From Chiloscyllium plagiosum (taxonomy: Eukaryota): a DNA stretch of 34,187 nt. Location: the NCBI RefSeq assembly GCF_004010195.1, contig NC_057728.1, forward strand, positions 47,836,166 through 47,870,352, read 5' to 3'. Under the pieces are notes generated by a model. It was not told the DNA's origin. It made no database searches and worked only from the letters and a program-made list of their open reading frames with translations. Made by a program: the position numbers and the translations under genes. Positions within the stretch are counted from its first letter, which is position 1; every line of letters begins with the position of its first letter. Shown here piece after piece: positions 11,741 through 21,284 of this stretch.

Positions 11741-13205
11741 TGCCCTTCCATCAACCAGAGGCAGGAGATAATGTGTAGCATTTTTTACCATATGAACCGA
11801 ATTATTTTCCGAACAACGGGCTTCTGGAATGAGAAGCTTTAGTTGTTGAGAATTTGGAGGAGAAAGCAGGCCCTTAGGCTATTAGATTCCCTCAAGACGA
11901 ATCTTAATGCAATTCATATTGTGACGCTGTTTCAAAAAGTCAGATTTAAACAAGAACATACATAGGGCAGGACTGTTTATGTTACCTTGTTAGTGAACCG
12001 ACAGGATTCTATTTGCTGCACATTGTATGAGACAAACTGTTGATTTATTTTGGAAGAATCAGACTTTAAGGACATTTCACTTTGGTGTGGGCAAGTTTCG
12101 AATGGATGAATGCAGAGCAAAAAAGTTACGCATCAAACCAGAAAAAAAACAGGGGGCGAGGTATAGTCCATCACACACAATTCCCAAAGGACTAAATGTT
12201 TTGCAGTTTCAGATAAAGTTTACGCCATATCAGATTTTTTTTTAACAAAAAGCTGCCCGGAAATTGCTTTTGTTCGATTGTTTTTTTTAAATCACACTGG
12301 CATGAAGGTAGGTGGAGATGTCGCGTTTCAGATTCCCCAATAGTAAGGATACTGCTCGACGCTTGTCCAGAGTGAGCAGGGAAACGGCACATTTACCGTC
12401 GGCCCAGCTGTTTCTATAAACCCGTCTACTCCGCAAAGCGCTGGGCAGAGCGTGGACACTTGCTATGGGAAATGTGCAAGAGCTCTGATCAACTCATTCG
12501 TGTTTTCAGTCCAGCCTTTTTCCGCGGCGCCGAGATATCTCTTTTGATGCGCGGCTAGCCCTCGATCTGACACAACAGCTTTGCCCAAAAGCGGAGGAGG
12601 CGTCCAGAAACTGGGAGCGCTGCTCAAACATTACTCGAAGAGATCAGTTGTCAGTCAGAGGGAGAGCGAGAGAGTTTCCACATGCATTCAGCACTATACA
12701 ATGAGGTGCAAATGAACTATTTGGATTAATTCGCATCCTTTTTTTTTGGATTATTTTTCTCTCACACAGTAAACGTGAGGAATAAACTGTTTAAAAGTGT
12801 GGAAGTACAGTGAGGTTGCTGGACTCTCTTGTGGATTTTGGTGGTGGCGGGGGAGGGTGGTTTCTCTGTGAGCCTGTTTGAGCCAACTTTCAGGAGGGCT
12901 GCTCGCTCGCTTCTGCAGCTCCAAAGATTTCTCTGTGTGCCGAGCCCCGAAGGGGGAAGGGGGAAGGGTGGTCGCTGGAGCGCTCGAATGTCGCCACTGA
13001 GGTGGAAAAGTTGATTATTTCGAGCTCTCGTTCTGCTCGACCCGCTCGCCTCCTCGCCCTCTCTGGGTGAAAGTGATACGATACTGGGAGATTGCGAGCA
13101 ATCCCCTACCTCGCCGTCTTCAGCGGCCCTACCCAATGCACTCAGCAAACCGCAGCGACGCCGTTAATGCAGGGGAACACCCCGTCTTTTCATTCATAAA
13201 ACAGA

Positions 13206-13223
13206 CCCCCCCCCCCCCCCCCC
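13206..13223 (+). repeat. C18 homopolymer (G18 on the sense strand of intron 1)
   Basis: Read directly from the sequence. Confidence 0.9.
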
Positions 13224-14447
13224 ATCCACTTAAAACTGCCCCCGGAACAATATGAGGCCCTTGTGGAAAGTAGGTTGAAATATTAACCCAAGATCTGGAA
13301 CTTGAATTATAAAGTTTAGGTCTTTCAATGCTGGTAGCAGACATTAAAAACATTTAGAAAGTTTAATCCATGAACTGCAAATAGTTTTTAAATGGCCAGT
13401 TAGCTTGAGCAGTGTGGTACAGAGCTGGTTCCTCGCTGGTTTTATAATTCCCATTGAATTCAGTTACATTTTGCACACACACACACACGTGTACTGAGGC
13501 AGTCCCTGGCCATTCCGATGGGAGAATGTTATCTCTCACAAGTGCCGCATTTGACGCTGTTCCCCCCGGTTCAGCTCCCGAACGGGGGATTTTTTTAAAA
13601 ACAATCTCACTCGCTTCTCGACCTCGGGAATCCGCAACTTTCCCGTTTATGTGATAACCACGTCCTGCACCGAAATATGTCAGTGTCTTCCATCATTCCC
13701 GGGGGGAAGCAGCCAGCGCTGGGGACGCCACTCGGCCCATTGGGTCCATTCTAACTGCGGGAGTGCCCTCTCCAGAGCCCTGCACTCTTCCCACGGTTTC
13801 CAATTTTGTACCCAATTGCCCCCACAAAAAGTCACCCTCCAGGGTGTCAGTCTATGACCCCGGGGACCTGTGAACGTTTAAGGAGCACAATCTCTCCTGA
13901 TGTGAGCAGATTTAGGCGATTTCTTCCTCGAGAGAGAGAGAAAGAGAGCGCAGCGAGGAATCCCTCAGCTGGACCACCTTTGCAAGAGCGCACTCCCTGA
14001 TCAGCGAGGTGGGATGGAGGGGAGAGAGGGGGGGGGGCATTTAAAACCAAGGCGCCACAATGATAGTGGTTCAGGTGAACGCCTGCAGCTTGGAGCTGCG
14101 CTTTGGGCTAGCGAGAGTGCAACCTGCCCTCTCTGCTCCGGGTGACGGGCGCGGTGCTCCATCAGCCCTGTGAGATAATCTAGAGACCTGGGCGGTGGAG
14201 CTCTCTCTCTCACACACACAGACACACATTCTGTGACAAGTGAAATAACTTTGACTACCTTACAGTTTGAGATGGAGAAAGATCCTGACAGTGTACAATG
14301 GTCTGCATTAACTAGCCATCTCTGATACTTTGTGGGCAATGTTTCCCATTGGTGACTTTGAGAGACTTGAACGTCTGATTGACACAATCTGGAGACAGGT
14401 TATCCAGGCTGCGGCACGGCTGTCATTGCATGCACTGGTAGACTTAC

Positions 14448-14644
14448 AGGTAGGAAGTGAAGGTGCTGAGGTTAGCAGGGATCGAGTCCAGGCCCAGATC
14501 GGAGCAGTCCACCCGCAGCAGGACGCCATCCTCTTCGCAGTGACAGGGGTTCGGGCAGCCGCTGTTCCTGGGCTGGCCGCCGGAAGGGAAGCCCCAGGGC
14601 AGCGGCAGTAGGAGCAAGGAGAGCCGGAGCAGCAGTCCCCTCAT
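14448..14644 (-). CDS. LGR5: Coding exon 1 of leucine-rich repeat-containing GPCR 5 (signal peptide plus LRRNT cap); LGR6/LGR4 not fully excluded
   Basis: MRGLLLRLSLLLLPLPWGFPSGGQPRNSGCPNPCHCEEDGVLLRVDCSDLGLDSIPANLSTFTSY(L) matches the recalled LGR5 exon 1 GCP..CHCE.DG..LLRVDCSDLGL...P.NLS.FTSYL. The start has a Kozak-like context GCCATG. The exon is 197 nt and ends in phase 2 at CT|GTAAGT (intron starts at 14447). Confidence 0.9.
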
Positions 14645-14737
14645 GGCTGGATGCAGTCGGAGGGAGTAGGAGGGCCTGGAGATTCGAGTTTGCAGGTGGA
14701 GGGGGTGGCGAGGAGGCACTTGGATCTGTCACTCTGC

Positions 14738-14755
14738 TCAGTGCCAGTGCCACAT
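14738..14755 (-). other. Upstream ORF (MWHWH*) in the predicted LGR5 5' UTR
   Basis: ATG TGG CAC TGG CAC TGA lies between the TATA box and the main ATG, with G at -3. Confidence 0.55.
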
Positions 14756-14805
14756 TCCTGGCCAGCTGCAGCAGCAACTCCAGCTTTGCAAGTTGCGGCG
14801 GTCCC

Positions 14806-14971
14806 TTTAAATAATCAGTCCCGCCTCCCCCGGGGTGTCCCCGCCCACTGGTGTGTACACCCTCCTAAAGGGCGGGGCACCACCGTCCCGCCTCCTATCC
14901 TCCAATCACCTGCGAGACTCCCGGGGGAAGAACCGCGAGACAGGGTGTCTCTCCAGGGTACCTGTCAATCA
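14806..14971 (-). promoter_or_regulatory. LGR5 core and proximal promoter: TATA box, GC boxes, CCAAT, PBX-PREP/MEIS decamer
   Basis: TATTTAAA at 14813-14806 (minus). GC boxes near 14820-14830, 14870-14878 and 14888-14896. CCAAT at 14902-14906. TGATTGACAG at 14971-14962 (minus). Confidence 0.65.
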
Positions 14972-15162
14972 TCTCCCCAGAGCAACGAGCCCAGTGCAAA
15001 TTGCAAAGCCCAGCGCCCCGGACTGCCCCGTCCAGAAAATAAAAACCACCCCCAGGCTGAAACCTGACTGCTCAGGAGAGGCAGGTTCACAATGCAAGTG
15101 CAAAGCAGCATTCGACATCTAACAAAAACCTTCAAACTAGAAACCACCTCCAGATTCTGGAA

Positions 15163-15320
15163 CATAAACAGAAACTGCTGGAGAAACTCAGTAGGTCACC
15201 GGACTCGAACATTAACTCTGCTTTTCTCTCCACTGATGCTGCCAGACCTGCTGAATTTCTCCAGCAATTTTTGTTTTCGTTTAAGATCTGCAGCATCCGC
15301 AGTTCTTTGTTTTATATTGT
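15163..15320. mobile_element. Fold-back Penelope-pLTR-derived repeat (family C)
   Basis: Inverted arms AAACAGAAACTGCTGGAGAAACTCAGTAGGTC (~15166-15197) and GACCTGCTGAATTTCTCCAGCAATTTTTGTTT (~15245-15276). A possible degenerate TSD is CCAGATTCTGGAA / CCGGATTATAGAA. Confidence 0.7.
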
Positions 15321-15379
15321 CCGGATTATAGAAATCGTTTAAAGTACGAACACAACAGGCTCTTAATCTACGGCAAGAA

Positions 15380-15460
15380 GGCAGCTCGCCAGCAACGAGG
15401 GCAACTAGGAACGGGCAATAAATTATGGCCAGCCAGCGACGCCCACATTCTAAAATAAAA
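15380..15460 (+). mobile_element. LINE/SINE 3' tail fragment
   Basis: AGGGCAACTAGGAACGGGCAATAAA..GGCCAGCCAGCGACGCCCACAT is a 3' terminus recalled from shark CR1-like repeats. Confidence 0.5.
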
Positions 15461-15803
15461 CAGAACCCCCAAACACCTCAAATAAGGACGCGAATATAAA
15501 ATAATAACTCTGACAATAGCGTTAACATAGCAGTCTCATTTCTATTTGCAAAATCATACATTTATGATATCAGAGCTTGCTCATCAGGACGAAGCTTCAC
15601 TAGGTGGGTCCTGTGATTGATATGGGGGATTCCACCTCCAAAGGCAATATCCTATAGCCTGCAGAGCCACTAAATGTATCAAACCTAGGTAGGACAATCT
15701 GAAAGTCAACCTCAGTGGATATTAACTGGAAAAACAAAAAACTTTGCCAAACCTATCAAAGGATTTCAACATTTAAGGAGGACAGTTCATTTTTTAAAAT
15801 GTT

Positions 15804-15836
15804 ATTAGATTACCTATAGTGTGGAAACAGGCCCTT
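15804..15836 (-). mobile_element. HE1/CR1 3' tail-only fragment
   Basis: ATTAGATTACCTATAGTGTGGAAACAGGCCCTT matches the SINE tail at 439-471. Confidence 0.7.
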
Positions 15837-16410
15837 AGATAAGCAACTCCACTGCTTCCACCCATCCCCTTCAATACTAGCAGCATTCTCTTCTGTTGTT
15901 TGTTGTCCAGGTGAGGATTGTCATCTTAAACTGCTGTAATCTATGTGACACAGGGGCACCCACAATGCTGCCAAGAAGAAGGCTCCAGGATTTTCCCCCA
16001 GGGCCAAGGAAGGAGCACTCCGGGAAGTGGTATCTCATGGAAAGGCAGATAAAGGTGATGGTGTTCTCATGTGTCTGCGTCCTTATCCTGCTATATGGTA
16101 GAGGTCATGGTTTGGAAAGTGCTGTCTTGGTGTATTATTTCGGTGCATTTTGATGCCACTGGGCATAAGCTGTGGTGGGACTGAATGCTGAATGTTAGAC
16201 AGGTACCAACCAAGTGGGCTGCTTTGTCCTGGAAAGTATTGAGCTTCTTGAATGTTTTTGGAGCTGGACTAATCCAAACAATTGGTGAACATTCAATCAT
16301 ACTCCTGACTTCTCCCTTGTAGGTGGTTGATCCTCTGAGGAGATAATAGGTTGGTTGCTTCCTGCTTCAGGCATGGATGGAAAATTTCCTTTTCCTGTGT
16401 AGGGAGAGTA

Positions 16411-16520
16411 GGTTTGCAGGTGAGGACAAAGGCAGCCATCAAATGAGGTCAAGATTCACAAGATAAAAACAGAAAATGCTGTAAATATTCTGCAGTTCTG
16501 GCAGCAGCTGTGAAGAGAGA
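16411..16520 (+). repeat. 110-bp local duplicate, copy 1 (copy 2 at 18459-18568)
   Basis: Ungapped alignment, 93/110 identical by manual count. Confidence 0.85.
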
Positions 16521-16538
16521 ATTCCTAACCTGGGAACT

Positions 16539-16755
16539 GGTGAGTATAGTGCTGGAAATGCACAGCAGGTCAGGCAGCATCCGAGGAGCAGGAGAATCAA
16601 TATTTTGGGTATAAGTCTTTCATCAGTTTCCTGATGAAGGGCTTATGCCCAAAACGTCAATTTTCCTGCTCCTTGGATGCTGCCTGACCTGCTGTGCTTT
16701 TTCAACACTATATTCTCGACTCTGATCTCCAGCATTTGCAGTCCTCACTTTCTCT
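16539..16755. mobile_element. Palindromic Penelope pLTR-derived element (family A) with two divergent decayed hammerhead motifs
   Basis: Arms of about 85 bp (16542-16626 and 16631-16717) surround a 4-nt spacer: CATCAG-TTTC-CTGATG. The pLTR tail runs to 16755. A degenerate TSD TAACCTG(G/T)GA(A/G)CT lies at 16526-16538 and 16756-16768. Confidence 0.85.
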
Positions 16756-17864
16756 TAACCTGTGAGCTACTTTTGTAGCCACAGCTTGCTATATCTGGTA
16801 GTCCTGTGTTGTAGCTTCACTGAGCTGGCACCTCATTTTTAAGTGTTGCTCCTGGCATGTCCTTCAGTGCTCATTGAGCCAGAGGTGATCCCCTGACTTG
16901 TTAATAATGCTAGAGTGGGACAAGTAATGGGCCATGAGGTTTTAGACTGTACTTAAATGCACAGGCCCACAGTGCCTTATCAATGCCCAATCTTAAATGG
17001 CATAGGTTTTGAATAGTACTGTTATAATATGAGGGGGGAATCCTCAATGTGAAAATGGGACTTTGTTGCTGCAACGACTGCATGGTGCTTACTCCCACTA
17101 TTACCATCATCGGTGGATGCATCTGTTACAGGTAAATTGGTGGGGATGAGATCAAGTAACTTATTTCATCTTGTTTGTTCTCTCACCACCTGCTGCATGA
17201 CCAGTCCAGCAGCTATGTCCTTTGTGAATCTATCCCTCATCCAGGGTACACCCTATTCACTCAACACCCTCAACACGTCCCCCAAATGGTGGTTCAAATG
17301 GAGCAGCACTGACTTGGTGGAGAGGCTGGATGGGGGAGAGGAGGTGCTAGAGCAATAGGAGATTTCTTTAGGTTAGACCTAATATCAAAAGACTTCATAG
17401 GATTCAGAATCAATGTTAAGGACTCCCGGGGCAACTCCCTTCTGGTTGTATACCACAGTGTGACCACCTCTGGGACAAGCCATATCCAGGGATGGTGATG
17501 GTGGTGGTTGTGAGACTATGTGTAAGGTATGGTTCTGTGAGAATGACAATGTCAGACTATTGGTTAACTATTCTGTGAGCCAGCTGTCCCAATTTTAATA
17601 ATGTTAAAACTATTAAATCTTAACAAGAAGGACTTTGTAGTGTCTATGTTCAGAGGGGCAGAGGGTCTCTAGCAATTTCTATTTATGCTTTTGTTTCAGG
17701 TTGCTTGGTCAGTGATCTGACTCATTCCTTTTATCAATCCTTTAGCAGTTAGGTACAACTGAGGTTTGTTTTGCCCTAGAGGATTTAAGAGTCAACCACA
17801 TTGCAGTGGGCCTGGAGTCACATGTAGGCTAGAGCAGATTGGGTATCCTGGACATTAGAATCCA

Positions 17865-18206
17865 GAGTGTGGTGCTGGAAAATGCAGCATCCAGGATGAT
17901 TAGATTGGAGAGTATGGTGTGTCTCTACCCTGGAGCTCCTCAGCCACGTCCTGAAACACACACTCGCCATACCTCCTTTCTCAGTGCCTGCCTACCCGAA
18001 CCAACTGATCCCACGTGGCCTCCAGACTACATTCAGACCAACAGAATTTGGATCTGAACAGGGCAATCAGGACCTACAACAAATTCAAAATCTCCAGAAA
18101 GGGTTCCAGATCCTCCACTCCACACTTGCAGCCATGCGCCGCCATCTAACCTCTCTAAACCCCTCTTATGCTGCTGGGCCTGCTGTGCTTTTCCAGCACC
18201 ACACTC
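17865..18206 (+). mobile_element. Penelope-like N-terminal ORF fragment bracketed by inverted pLTR ends
   Basis: An 18-bp perfect inverted repeat GAGTGTGGTGCTGGAAAA lies at 17865-17882 and 18189-18206. The interior encodes HTSFLSACL/NQLIPRGLQTTF...ILHSTLAAMRRHL, resembling PLE N-termini. Confidence 0.7.
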
Positions 18207-18458
18207 CCCTCGAGCCTTAGCCTGGCTCTCTGAACTACCAGTCCATCGAAAATACCAGTCTCCTGTGAAGCAGTATCACAACGAGTTATGCAATTCCACA
18301 CTTGATGTCAAACATAACAGGCTCGTTTCATTTTGCTGAGCATTCTTCCGTCAAAGCGAATGGGGAACATGGCACACAGCAGCTTGAGAAAGAGGGAGGG
18401 GTGACCTGTGTAAGGAGTGACAGGACGGACTGAGAACCGCTGTTTATTTTTCTGTATC

Positions 18459-18610
18459 GGTTTGCAAGCGAGGACAAAGGCAGCGGTCCGATGAGGTAAA
18501 GATTCACGAGATAAGATCAGAGTGTGCTGGAAATATTCAGCCGTTCTGGCAGCAGCTGTGCAGAGAGAAGCCGAGCTAACGTTTCAAGTCGAATATGGTT
18601 CTTCTGAAGT
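18459..18610 (+). repeat. Local duplicate copy 2, continuing into a family C pLTR remnant
   Basis: Aligns to 16411-16520, then continues GAGCTAACGTTTCAAGTCGAATATGGTTCTTCTGA, a decayed hammerhead-like motif on the minus strand. Confidence 0.75.
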
Positions 18611-19269
18611 GACGGAGGTCCATGTCAAGCGTCCAGTTTTTGATCCCGGAGAGCAAAACACCGTGAAACGGTGCACCCTTGAAAAACACACACCACTCCA
18701 ACTGAACTGAGCCAATAGTTCTTCATAAATCTCCGCAAAACCGCAACCTCCCTAAACTTAAAATGAACATAGCACAAACCAGAAAAAGAAGTGTGGATCA
18801 TACAGCATGAAGAAAAAAATCCCAGCAGGGTACCCACCTCCCGCCCTCGGAGGCCACCTAAACAAAACCTATAACTTTCCTAAGTTTGCTCTTGCTTCTT
18901 TTATGCCCCGCCAGCATCAGCGAGAGCAACCTGGAACATGGGGAGTGCCGGTGTGTAACGGGGCATATTGTTTCTCTCCGACATCTCGAGGTCCAGATCC
19001 TTTCATTCAAAATAAAACATAACCGTTCCGCTTGAATACAGTTTATTCTAGGGCTGGGGTGGGGGCTTGGTGGAGTTTCTGAGAACAAATACCTTTTCTA
19101 GAGACTGGGAAAGTTGACCAGAAGTTCCACAGAGATCTGAAGCCCTTGCCATTGGTCTCAGCATTACAAGATACCAACACCCGCAAATAATCTTCTCACA
19201 GCGCAACAGTGCAGCATTAACTAGATTGGCAACTAGAATATTTTATATTGTACAACGCAACCACAATAA

Positions 19270-19426
19270 GACAAAGTTAAAAATCACACAACACTGGGTC
19301 GTCAACCACCTGATGAAGGAACAGCATCCAAAAGCCAGTGCTTCCAAATCAACCCATTGGACTATAACCTGGTGTTGTGTGATTTTTAACTTTGTACACC
19401 CCAGTCCAACACCGGCTCCTCCAAAT
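19270..19426 (+). mobile_element. Penelope pLTR mini-element (family B) with 24-bp inverted 5' arm and 8-bp TSD
   Basis: Perfect inverted repeat at 19271-19294 and 19372-19395. Decayed hammerhead CTGATGAAGGAACAGCATCCAAAAGCCA. The TSD CACAATAA lies at 19262-19269 and 19427-19434. Homologous to 27040-27170. Confidence 0.85.
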
Positions 19427-19700
19427 CACAATAATATACATTGGTGCTACGCGTTGCCAGGACTTGCTTTACATTAGACCTCGGTCATATGTGCGGTAGC
19501 GTTGCCAGGATGCAGAATTGGAGTACGTACATTCATGTTACTTAGTGCATACGATTTGAATCGTTAAAACTCGCAATAATTAGTATCAGTAAACAAAAAA
19601 AAACATAAATTACTTCTACGGTGTTGAGAATTCCAAACAAGACTCCCCCTTCTCATTAATCTTTGTTACACTAACATCTCCAGTTCCTTGTAAAACAAGC

Positions 19701-19850
19701 CATGATGTGGAGGTGCCGGTGTTGGAGTGCGGTGGACAAGGTCAAAAACTCGGCATCAGGTTATTTGAAATCACAAGCTTCCGAGCGCTGCTCCCTCGTC
19801 AGGGGAAGCGACGCTGTTGGACTATGACCTGGTGTCGTGTGACTTCAGAC
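19701..19850 (-). mobile_element. Penelope pLTR fold-back fragment (family B variant)
   Basis: The minus strand has CTGACGAGGGAGCAGCGCTCGGAAGCTTGTG (hammerhead-like) and the terminus CCAACACCGGCACCTCCACATCATG. A short inverted arm lies at about 19815-19850. Confidence 0.75.
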
Positions 19851-20757
19851 TCTGTATTAAGAATTTAAAGAGGGGGGATTGAAGTTGGGGATGATGAAAT
19901 AGCACAGTGAATACGTGGAAGGTGAATGCTTGGAAGGCTGGAAAATTTCCGTTTTGTTTTGTCCGGTTGGCGTGGCTCGGTTTCTCGAAGCTGAAACTGA
20001 ACGAGACGAGAGTAAACAGCGAAACTGCGAAGGGGTTCGGGAAAGCAGAACGAAAGACCAATTTTGTTTTTTTAAAAAAACCGAAAGGTGTCAGGGGACC
20101 TCTCCGCTCCGAGATGACGACTGGCTGAGAAGGAGGGAGTGTGGAGATATGGACCAAACAGTTTCGAGCCAGAGGCTGGAGGACTGAATGTCAGGTGTGA
20201 AACAGACCAGGAACCGACCCCACTCACCCATGCAATCCCAAGTGAACCACTTCAGCAAATTCGTTGCGAAACATGCCCCAAACCGTTAACATTCTCATCC
20301 TTTCCACCCCTTGTGAAGAGAGTGCTATAACGTTTCAGGACTGAAAGTGAGCTTTGGCATATCGTCCCCTAAGAGACAGCGGTTCTTTCCCAATTAAACG
20401 CTTTTTAAAAAATTGTTAAATAACTAATAGATCGACATCGAAATTAGCGCCTGCTCGTCGGATAGTTATTTCATTATCTCCCAAATCGATATTCTAAAGG
20501 ATTAAATTCGTATTCGAACGCATGTAAAAAGTGGCGTCATTATTACCAAAGTCCGTAAGTCTTTTCGTGGGTGGTATTGACCTTATCAATCCTCCTCTTA
20601 ACAGAAAGAGAAATTCGCACCCACAGCTATCGGCAGCTACTGATATAGTTTCAAAACAAAAAGGGGGAAAGTAGCGGTTTGTAAGCCCAAAAGTGTTACA
20701 ATTTTGCATAAGTTGTCTACAAGTTTATGGCAGTACAAACTCGAATTATATCAGCTT

Positions 20758-20898
20758 ACATATCCATATAAATGCTTATCCACCACAGGACATATCCATC
20801 AATATATACATATCCATTTCATATTCACACATTCCTGACAGTCCATGACTATTAAAGCACATATCCAACATTCTACATATCTCGCAGTACATATCCAT
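20758..20898 (+). repeat. Cluster of ACATATCC motifs
   Basis: Exact copies at 20758, 20790, 20808, 20859 and 20889; variant ACATATCT at 20875. Confidence 0.75.
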
Positions 20899-21003
20899 CA
20901 AAGTGCACTTCCATTTCAGTGCATATTGCTGGAAGTAGATAGCTATTAGAGTATACCATACAGTTCCAGTTGTGCAATTGGTCAGCGCGTGGTACTTATT
21001 TGT

Positions 21004-21284
21004 GGGTGGCATGGTGGCACAGTGTTTAGCACTGCTGCCTCACAGCCTGGGTTCAATTCCCACCTCAGACAACTGTCTGTGTGGAGTTTGCACATTCTCC
21101 CCGTGTCTGCGTGGGTTTGCTCCGGTTTCCTCCCACAGTCCAAAAGATGTGCAGGTTAGGTGAATTAGCTATGCTAAATTGCCCACAGTGTTAGGTGTAG
21201 GGGAACGGTTTGGATGGGTTGCTCGTCGGAGGGTCGGTGTGGACTTGTTGGGCCGAAGGGCCTGGTTCCACACTGGAAGTAATC
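21004..21284 (+). mobile_element. HE1-like V-SINE
   Basis: Head, V domain and tail as in the other copies, with small internal deletions. Confidence 0.92.

Larger units (their letters stand above)
12300..15500. promoter_or_regulatory. CpG-island-like region spanning the LGR5 promoter, exon 1 and the start of intron 1
   Basis: GC and CpG density is visibly high compared with the CpG-poor 1-11.5 kb. Boundaries were judged by eye. Confidence 0.75.
15905..17835 (-). mobile_element. Old fragmented CR1/L2-type LINE, interrupted at about 16380-16770
   Basis: The minus strand at about 16200-16330 encodes TYKGEVRSMIECSPIVWISPAPKTFKKLNTFQDKAAHLVG, the RT C-terminal YK..VRS.MEY....W motif. The remainder is degenerate and the limits are approximate. 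Confidence 0.65.

Noticed and set aside
1..14447. LGR5 exon 2 (72-bp LRR exon, DLSMNNI-like)
   Set aside because: I found no matching minus-strand peptide with splice sites by eye. It probably lies beyond the left edge, though a short exon could have been missed.
14444..14719. ORF-track 91-aa ORF as a complete protein
   Set aside because: It uses a non-ATG start in the 5' UTR, and its stop lies within the GTAAGT donor. The real exon CDS is 14448-14644.
14841..14856. CTCF-like site (CACCAGTGGGCGG on the minus strand)
   Set aside because: Only a partial match, overlapping a GC box; it cannot be supported without a PWM scan or ChIP data.
12762..15122. Multiple overlapping ORFs in the GC-rich island
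   Set aside because: These are expected from low stop-codon frequency in GC-rich DNA; only the LGR5 exon has recognisable homology.
20758..20898. CRISPR-like repeat-spacer array
   Set aside because: The repeats are only 8 bp, spacing is irregular, the context is eukaryotic and there are no cas genes.
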